Source: Octopus sinensis
Lineage: Eukaryota
Assembly (NCBI RefSeq): GCF_006345805.1
Contig: NC_043005.1
Span: forward strand, 39,990,001-40,054,000
Direction of reading: 5' to 3'
DNA: 64,000 nt
Both the position numbers and the translations under genes were made by a program. This document shows, in pieces, positions 62,848 to 64,000 of the stretch; position 1 is the first letter of the stretch, and each line of letters opens with the position of its first letter. The notes beneath the pieces were generated by a model. The model made no database searches. It saw only the letters and a program-made list of their open reading frames with translations, and had not been told where the DNA came from.

Positions 62848-63378
62848 ATGTATATATAGACACACACATATACTACACACACGTATGCACAAAGAGACAT
62901 GTACCCAAAGAGATACACACATTACGTACATATGTACATACATATGTACATACATACGTACGTACATACATACATCATACATACATACATACATACATAC
63001 ATACATACATACATACATACATACATACATACATACATACATACATACATACATACATACATAAGCATACAGTCATACATACTCATATATGTATGAATGT
63101 ATGTATCTATGCATGCAAGCATGTATGTATCTGTGCGTGAATACCATATATGTATGGTGTAACTGTGCTTCTCTCTACATCTTTTTTCTATGCATTTACA
63201 TTTTATTTTGTTCTTTGATTTTCTTATATTAACAGGTAAACTTGTTGCCCTTGGCATTGGTACATTTATACTTGGATGTCTGCTGGGATTGATCACAATC
63301 TTTTTAATTCACAAGAATGCTTGTACTATGAAAGACGATCCAATGAAAGTAAATTTTTATAAACTGGACAAAATGTAA
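1631..63378 (+). CDS. 25-exon gene (5' end outside window): single-pass membrane protein with tandem EPDR/LolA-like repeats, SEA-like modules and 4 PAN/apple-like domains
   Basis: Seen: 25 exons with pyrimidine-rich AG acceptors and GT donors whose phases chain without a break; sum 3245 nt = 2 + 1081 codons ending TAA at 63376-63378; many N-x-S/T sequons; hydrophobic C-terminal helix. Domain names are inference from motifs. Confidence 0.88.
3560..4100 (-). mobile_element. Highly decayed RTE-like LINE fragment
   Basis: Interrupted - strand translation resembles the RTE post-RT region (TTLL...FHRL...HWQE.I.N); boundaries approximate. Confidence 0.35.
4399..4817 (+). mobile_element. tRNA-derived SINE family A (internal (TA)n/(TG)n, GAGTAAAA tail)
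   Basis: Head GGCGCAGGAGTGGCTGTGTG...GGTTCAGTCCC; same body at 12315, 31171, 49229, 56041, 58296. Confidence 0.9.
4605..5078. repeat. Exact tandem duplication of the SINE-A 3' half (period 261 bp)
   Basis: 4605-4817 matches 4866-5078 including private variants; bounded by (TA)n. Confidence 0.92.
5927..6154 (+). mobile_element. piggyBac-like MITE
   Basis: TTAA-CCCT...AGGG-TTAA ends; TTAA target and CCC/GGG termini are established piggyBac hallmarks. Confidence 0.75.
7084..7998. repeat. Fold-back element built from a ~350-bp unit, flanked by 12-bp direct repeat TACACATTATAA
   Basis: 7094-7530 forward (1.25 units), 7531-7981 inverted; direct repeats at 7084-7095 and 7987-7998. Confidence 0.85.
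8076..8192 (+). CDS. Exon 2 (0-0): SPKGIVCKDRKSNMSLPDLPPTISASIELTSESQVKIVD
   Basis: ttatatttcag acceptor, GTAAGT donor, 117 nt; inside ORF 8022-8249. Confidence 0.92.
8566..8794 (-). mobile_element. piggyBac-like MITE, same family as 5927-6154, opposite orientation
   Basis: TTAACCCT...AGGGTTAA; end ggtttaaatgctaaagggttaa is the reverse complement of the start of the 5927 copy. Confidence 0.75.
10020..10500 (-). mobile_element. Gypsy-type LTR retrotransposon integrase remnant
   Basis: ORF 10093-10380 FLERGP..LLTDNRTVF...RWNIRHFFTAAYRPSGNATV matches the retroviral-type DDE integrase core (D-N-x-x-x-F, YxPxGN). Confidence 0.8.
11315..11560 (-). mobile_element. RTE 3'-end fragment (family C) with (GAT)n tail
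   Basis: (CAT)n then ttaac..gcatgg..ggatgcccttcc. Confidence 0.65.
11786..12012 (-). mobile_element. SINE family B, full length, CpG-decayed
   Basis: Reverse complement of the 15106 copy; ~17-bp TSD ctaac(t/a)ctaatggttag. Confidence 0.88.
12315..12748 (-). mobile_element. SINE family A
   Basis: Reverse complement of the 4399-type element. Confidence 0.88.
12916..13170 (+). mobile_element. RTE 3'-end fragment (family C)
   Basis: GTAAAAAGCACC modules, GGAAGGGCATCC motif, CCATGCTAGCATGG palindrome, (GAT)n tail. Confidence 0.75.
13674..13791 (+). CDS. Exon 3 (0-1): VYYSKSDQLLKIDYQPGGNEDSPHPEFVNTISEIDDYKA
   Basis: tattatccacag acceptor, GTTTGC donor, 118 nt; inside ORF 13608-13901. Confidence 0.9.
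15106..15336 (+). mobile_element. SINE family B, young CpG-rich copy
   Basis: 21-bp TSD atatataaattaaggcatcat at 15078-15098 and 15337-15357. Confidence 0.92.
15939..16114 (+). CDS. Exon 4 (1-0): GIRYLQDSVLGNCSTSKIKNTSLADGKQMLGDTTSYEGYIIRNIMQSFIQKKDFEYVGL
   Basis: tttactttaaag acceptor, GTAAGC donor, 176 nt. Confidence 0.92.
16361..16468 (+). CDS. Exon 5 (0-0): RTIRNIDCFVFAAHKNQFMLQDGSPDSATYEIYLSS
   Basis: tttttccttccag acceptor, GTGAGT donor, 108 nt. Confidence 0.92.
18561..19030 (+). mobile_element. SINE family A, diverged
   Basis: Same head, body and tail order as the 4399 copy with many substitutions. Confidence 0.75.
19130..19460 (+). mobile_element. RTE 3'-end fragment (family C) with expanded (GAT)/(GAA)/(GGA) tail
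   Basis: AAAAAGCAC modules, GGAAGGGCATCC, ttaaatgatgatg. Confidence 0.7.
19763..19843 (+). CDS. Exon 6 (0-0): SDWTVLPDRSGQTFANYPVMVNIALDT
   Basis: ttatatttttag acceptor, GTAAAT donor, 81 nt. Confidence 0.88.
20258..20477 (+). mobile_element. mariner-derived MITE
   Basis: TIRs TACAAGGGGGTGCTG..AAGTTCCTGGCTTT / AAAGCTAGGAATTTTCCAGCACCCCCTTGT; interior keeps the end of a mariner ORF. Confidence 0.8.
20524..20638 (+). CDS. Exon 7 (0-1): AELSYQLSFIDFSDQQQEVDVSTCYDASKKMHISILLS
   Basis: ttcatttatag acceptor, GTAAGT donor, 115 nt; DVSTC parallels DVSPC of exon 16. Confidence 0.9.
21530..23580 (-). mobile_element. RTE-clade LINE remnant (RT region plus 3'UTR) containing an inverted duplication
   Basis: GKTPGPSG (23279 ORF), LGSVLTPLLFIIV (22940 ORF), PWELLYADN near 22900, RIGWRKFKGLLPLLATKG (22315 ORF); ends in family-C tail. 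Confidence 0.9.
22428..22759. repeat. 133-bp inverted repeat with 66-bp spacer
   Basis: 22428-22560 is the reverse complement of 22627-22759 with one mismatch; ORFs 22315(-) and 22627(+) share their first 44 aa. Confidence 0.95.
23890..24478 (+). mobile_element. Two adjacent diverged SINE-A copies (3' half at 23890-24110; near-complete at 24126-24478)
   Basis: Family-A body and tail motifs present twice. Confidence 0.7.
24617..24778 (+). CDS. Exon 8 (1-1): GNYIKSTKEVIETIGRAMIRKLVGIDALQIQNVQLSYDANLMYLYASILDNAPE
   Basis: tttcgttaaag acceptor, GTAAGT donor, 162 nt; paralogous to exon 17. Confidence 0.9.
24940..25330 (-). mobile_element. RTE 3'-end fragment (family C) with 27-bp duplication at 25194-25247
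   Basis: (CAT)n, ggatgcccttcc, gtgcttttta modules; gcaggccagtcctcctcgccaggggat x2. Confidence 0.7.
26130..26660 (+). mobile_element. mariner transposase pseudogene (internally deleted)
   Basis: MLWQVYGDEAMGHMQCFE*HRCFKSRRMSLKDDEQSGRPAT (mariner HTH-like) then NILKHLREDIQQERQDLW (catalytic-domain piece). Confidence 0.85.
27404..27501 (+). CDS. Exon 9 (1-0): GTQGQVSSLQYAFQTLRSAIAQREFIFTVNVGN
   Basis: gctaatttcag acceptor, GTAAGT donor, 98 nt. Confidence 0.88.
28200..29330 (-). mobile_element. Non-LTR (RTE/RTEX-like) reverse transcriptase remnant
   Basis: FIDFSKAFDLIHR, QGDILAPFLF, YADN near 28880, and GSFTWKLTKKFETKLDGT in ORF 28457. Confidence 0.85.
31171..31576 (-). mobile_element. SINE family A, young
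   Basis: Near-consensus copy with most CpGs intact. Confidence 0.92.
31791..31833 (+). CDS. Exon 10 (0-1): IQAEYIGLHVRLDA
   Basis: tattacacag acceptor, GTAAAT donor, 43 nt; needed to keep phase between exons 9 and 11. Confidence 0.78.
31934..32031 (+). CDS. Exon 11 (1-0): GKLHKPSLPNFDDDFQYQSEIVTPSKNHMELVK
   Basis: gtatttattaag acceptor, GTGAGT donor, 98 nt; P-x-LP...F/I-x3-E pattern shared with exon 2. Confidence 0.85.
32254..32494 (-). mobile_element. tRNA-derived SINE family D
   Basis: Reverse complement head GTGGAGGTGCGTGGCTTAGTGGTTAGG...GGTTTCGATTCC, then TTCTTGAGCAAAACAC..CCACTCAGCTG core. Confidence 0.8.
35383..35454. repeat. 18-bp minisatellite x4 (aattaataaaaggaaaat)
   Basis: Four perfect units ending 37 nt before the exon 12 acceptor. 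Confidence 0.95.
35492..35597 (+). CDS. Exon 12 (0-1): IFYDKTKNLSRFDVNQEHCSNLCTGPSEVIQDFTR
   Basis: ttttcatttag acceptor, GTAAGT donor, 106 nt; paralogous to exon 3. Confidence 0.9.
35840..36605 (-). mobile_element. maT/DD37D-type Tc1/mariner transposase remnant
   Basis: VSSEDDIMLLHVFEQGLGLNSDSYVK..VVKPCL and, across a frameshift, WPPNSPDCNPVDY...EAEGGYFK*; WPPxSPDxNPxDY is typical of DD37D. Confidence 0.82.
36749..36888 (+). CDS. Exon 13 (1-0): GVSYVIEKSKGSCQIQPLFQAFDVSQSRMESGAQLFYFDNTYKYVGQ
   Basis: cttatttaaag acceptor, GTAAGT donor, 140 nt; paralogous to exon 4. Confidence 0.92.
37380..37665 (-). mobile_element. SINE with family-D head and a different body
   Basis: ttttgctcaagaacacaatgc..ccctaaccact head shared with the 32254 copy. 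Confidence 0.65.
38205..39910 (-). mobile_element. RTE-clade LINE, 5'-truncated, continuous from RT to (GAT)n tail
   Basis: GSALCPFLFIIVLL, PWELLYADD at 39650-39680, ORFs 39009 (SFCYLGD..KGRLYDACV) and 38753 (RPRKTWDEV..DRDLWR), then modular 3'UTR. Confidence 0.93.
40298..40384 (+). CDS. Exon 14 (0-0): QHIRGILTNIFESHVAAFQNNLFRFYFLD
   Basis: ctctcttttatag acceptor, GTAAGT donor, 87 nt; paralogous to exon 5. Confidence 0.9.
40693..40913 (-). mobile_element. mariner-derived MITE, same family as 20258
   Basis: Same TIR core AAAGTTCCTGGCTTT; reverse complement interior LEKLKNCCNKCVNLRGEYVE is a mariner C-terminus. Confidence 0.8.
41067..41126 (+). CDS. Exon 15 (0-0): ENWSGSPFFVPVKLEMVSDS
   Basis: tttctttatag acceptor, GTAAGT donor, 60 nt; W...P-V pattern parallels exon 6. 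Confidence 0.85.
41255..41890 (-). mobile_element. Decayed RTE 3' fragment
   Basis: Shares gcacactgacatt..catccag and gaagctatcgactgc pieces with the 38205-39910 element. Confidence 0.55.
42186..42395 (+). mobile_element. SINE family B with (TTA)n tail
   Basis: Family-B core; tail runs into the (TTA)n at 42396-42442. Confidence 0.8.
42443..43600. repeat. Two identical 559-bp elements in tandem (42443-43001, 43042-43600) embedded in (TTA)n
   Basis: Period 599 bp; no differences seen by eye; each copy bounded by (TTA)n. Confidence 0.95.
43711..43925 (+). mobile_element. SINE family B with (TTA)n tail
   Basis: Family-B head and core. Confidence 0.8.
44688..44956 (+). mobile_element. 5'-truncated SINE with T-rich tail and 15-bp TSD
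   Basis: TSD tactggttttattgc at 44673-44687 and 44957-44971; core gagcaaggcactttatttcac..cactcagctg, also seen near 30130-30190. Confidence 0.8.
45172..45295 (+). CDS. Exon 16 (0-1): DRFYRTDNYFEFLDDILMSTFDVSPCYRENNKITDLQITFK
   Basis: catatatttcag acceptor, GTAAAA donor, 124 nt. Confidence 0.88.
45483..45742. mobile_element. Solo LTR (260 bp)
   Basis: TGTGG...CCACA termini, 5-bp TSD GTCTC (45478-45482, 45743-45747), 14 CpGs. Confidence 0.8.
46118..46282 (+). CDS. Exon 17 (1-1): GAYKQRSINFITAAINKIMQFTHLPFINLQNPELSYDEDKTYLRISLIDPSPQPI
   Basis: atctttttcag acceptor, GTAAAT donor, 165 nt. Confidence 0.9.
46428..46760 (+). mobile_element. SINE with family-A head and alternative 3' body
   Basis: ggcatagctgtgtg..aagtagtttgcttcccaac..caaagccttgtgagtg head; body differs from other A copies. 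Confidence 0.6.
47671..47880 (+). CDS. Exon 18 (1-1), PAN/apple-like domain 1: GLFTVKPNLKPNPNQKPETQLKIQTPNECASSCIKSNCKAFAYCKGKKVCQVFSESPSSNQDSDDCNLYT
   Basis: ctatttctgcag acceptor, GTAAGT donor, 210 nt; C-x3-C / C-x2-F-x-Y-C / C / C pattern. Confidence 0.93.
48115..48530 (-). mobile_element. SINE-B dimer (full copy plus 5'-truncated copy) under one 11-bp TSD
   Basis: TSD atatcacttct at 48104-48114 and 48532-48542; junction at 48298/48299. Confidence 0.85.
48804..49020 (+). mobile_element. SINE family B
   Basis: Family-B head and core. Confidence 0.8.
49229..49630 (+). mobile_element. SINE family A, young
   Basis: Near-consensus. Confidence 0.92.
49771..49982 (+). mobile_element. SINE family B
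   Basis: 15-bp TSD atattattcaaggaa (49753-49767, 49983-49997). Confidence 0.85.
50159..50265 (+). CDS. Exon 19 (1-0): KTKEQKSNSLSSKQVIRDLDSLIQSGTFKISFTVDT
   Basis: tttttattgacag acceptor, GTAATA donor, 107 nt; paralogous to exon 9. Confidence 0.85.
51290..51600 (-). mobile_element. RTE LINE C-terminal fragment with zinc-finger-like motif
   Basis: KRNRKK...FNCSHCGRVCLSCIGLVSHECAC matches the RTE ORF terminus (CxxCGRxCxSxIGLxSH). Confidence 0.75.
52100..52420 (-). mobile_element. Possible very decayed non-LTR RT remnant (R4/Dong-like motifs)
   Basis: AYDMISFSLI and TQGTFSPL..QSHLL loosely resemble KAYDMVPH / FQGDSLSPL / ISHLL. Confidence 0.3.
54338..54407 (+). CDS. Exon 20 (0-1): EQHFTAVSMLSDIDRSNSRSVSS
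   Basis: ccttaaattatag acceptor, GTAAGT donor, 70 nt; keeps phase between exons 19 and 21. Confidence 0.8.
54600..55050 (-). mobile_element. CR1-group LINE 3' remnant
   Basis: Interrupted frame DHIWDTA..HIQKR..LSLAHK..SLELAGLIP resembles CR1/Zenon C-termini. Confidence 0.45.
56041..56322 (+). mobile_element. SINE family A, 5'-truncated, young
   Basis: Begins at ggccgaccaaagcc; near-consensus. Confidence 0.9.
57226..57456 (+). CDS. Exon 21 (1-1), PAN/apple-like domain 2: VQNMKMFTKLSKSGTLKSSGPFFKQVSVDDCANLCINNKILNCEAFTYCYLRGSCFLSDIHPNDTNVQATDGCNIFQ
   Basis: ttactgttgtag acceptor, GTAAGT donor, 231 nt. Confidence 0.94.
57587..57673. repeat. 44-bp tandem duplication just upstream of the exon 22 acceptor
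   Basis: gctaattcatac(T)6-7attttttaagtgagatatatatat x2. Confidence 0.92.
57692..57934 (+). CDS. Exon 22 (1-1), PAN/apple-like domain 3: RNYVNMFDQIPGKTFPMKGDVLPVIAQSADVCAKSCLDKGLKSCQSFEYCPAKEVCTLSSRHVMDVPSTDIITTETCNLYT
   Basis: tttatattttcag acceptor, GTAAGT donor, 243 nt. Confidence 0.94.
58296..58695 (-). mobile_element. SINE family A, young
   Basis: Full-length reverse copy, roughly 90-95% identical to the 56041 copy by eye. Confidence 0.92.
59582..59818 (+). CDS. Exon 23 (1-1), PAN/apple-like domain 4: VSPLQHFVHSTTKMEKLNSNLLVKNISLKACAKLCMEDEGFGCISFSYCPVTSICHITGANQKTINIETNIVANCSHYI
   Basis: catatatttccag acceptor, GTAAGT donor, 237 nt. Confidence 0.94.
59975..60430. mobile_element. Family-C modular repeats (+, 59975-60140) joined to a decayed RTEX-like fragment (-)
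   Basis: Six ~20-bp (c)atgtaaaag(t/c)gc units, then cagcacactctgtaaagtg; second part weak. Confidence 0.5.
62580..62636 (+). CDS. Exon 24 (1-1), stalk: RLDPPTPVASKTVEKSGNK
   Basis: tttttattgaaag acceptor, GTAATA donor, 57 nt; P/T/S-rich juxtamembrane linker. Confidence 0.82.
62690..63140. repeat. Compound (TA)/(TG)/(CA)/(TACA)n microsatellite filling most of the last intron
   Basis: Direct inspection. Confidence 0.95.
63236..63378 (+). CDS. Exon 25 (last): TM helix and tail GKLVALGIGTFILGCLLGLITIFLIHKNACTMKDDPMKVNFYKLDKM*
   Basis: cttatattaacag acceptor; about 22-aa hydrophobic stretch followed by basic HK; TAA. Confidence 0.93.
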
Positions 63379-63415
63379 ATTAAAATGTAAATCAAGTTTA
63401 ATCAAATTTCACAAA

Positions 63416-63486
63416 AATAAAGATTTTTATACGATTTCTCATATTTTGATGATTGCTTCTTTACCATGAATATGCACTTTAATAAA
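63416..63486 (+). terminator. Candidate poly(A) signals AATAAA at 63416-63421 and 63481-63486
   Basis: Canonical hexamers starting 38 and 103 nt after the stop; which is used is unknown. Confidence 0.5.
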
Positions 63487-63554
63487 AAGTACTAGTTAAT
63501 TCAGTTACAACCAAATACTATTATTCACTGATTTTAACACAAGTTAAGAAAATA

Positions 63555-63745
63555 TTATAGTGATGAACCTGCACCTGTTTTTTCTCCTTCAGCCTCTTTT
63601 TCTTCATCGTTTGTGTTTTCATCTTTAACCTTCATCATTCGTTTACTTTTACATTTGAAATTTTCTTCCATATTCACTCTACTACTGTCAGCTTTTCCTT
63701 TCATGTGCTGTTTTAGCATTTTCACTTTATAATCTTTTATTGCAA
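63555..63745 (-). CDS. Probable last coding exon of a convergent neighbouring gene, K/E-rich C-terminus: AIKDYKVKMLKQHMKGKADSSRVNMEENFKCKSKRMMKVKDENTNDEEKEAEGEKTGAGSSL*
   Basis: 62 stop-free codons ending TAA; frame stays open up to 63797; candidate acceptor AG at 63747-63746 has a weak pyrimidine tract, so the 5' boundary is uncertain. Confidence 0.5.
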
Positions 63746-63815
63746 CTAAGTTTTCCGAATATTTAAATTTATTTATGGCAGCAAGCTGGCAAAATTGTTA
63801 GCACACTAAGCAAAA

Positions 63816-63979
63816 TGTAGAGGGTTTGTAGGACACAGCGGAGACGACTGTTGTTATCGTTAGGCCTAACTCATCGTAAAGTCAATACCACCATGACTGA
63901 TATCCAATCTACAGTGGAGAAGGCTAGCCACTGGATTTGGTTAAAAAGAGACGATGAGCGATGGCTAGAAGTATATTGA
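63816..63979 (+). mobile_element. 3' fragment of a HERO/NeSL-like RLE non-LTR retrotransposon
   Basis: CRGFVGHS / RRLLLSLGLTHRKVNTTMTDIQSTVEKASHWIWLKRDDERWLEVY* resembles the EVGCRGF...AEKASxWxWxKR C-terminus. Confidence 0.7.
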
Positions 63980-64000
63980 GTTCTTCATAACCAGCTGATC

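Noticed and set aside
62671-63296. Long ORFs of 117-141 aa on both strands
   Set aside because: Translations of (TACA)n/(TG)n microsatellite; the same applies to ORFs at 4432-4926, 14848-15252, 18604-18906, 41047-41365, 44384-44711 and 58466-59428.
63340-63378. Canonical YxxPhi or NPxY endocytosis motif
   Set aside because: YKLD has Asp at +3 and there is no NPxY; no KKxx ER signal either.

Overview
AT-rich eukaryotic genomic DNA, most likely Octopus (inferred from the SINE families, RTE remnants and dense microsatellites; not database-verified). Nearly the whole window is one 5'-incomplete + strand gene. I reconstructed 25 GT-AG exons (1631-63378, 3245 nt) that join in one frame with consistent intron phases, giving about 1080 aa. 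The product is a predicted type I membrane glycoprotein: the end of one and two complete ependymin(EPDR)/LolA-like repeats, the two complete ones each followed by a SEA-like module, then four PAN/apple-like domains, one TM helix and a 22-aa tail. The two complete modules are an exon-by-exon internal duplication, and the second has a PAN exon at an internal phase-1 junction. Introns hold several tRNA-derived SINE families, RTE and other non-LTR remnants, a Gypsy integrase fragment, mariner/maT remnants, MITEs and a solo LTR. They also hold two fold-back inverted duplications and two apparently exact, microsatellite-bounded tandem duplications. A probable last exon of a convergent - strand gene ends 176 bp past the stop codon. 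No CRISPR arrays, rRNA or true tRNA genes were seen. All alignments and identities were judged by eye.
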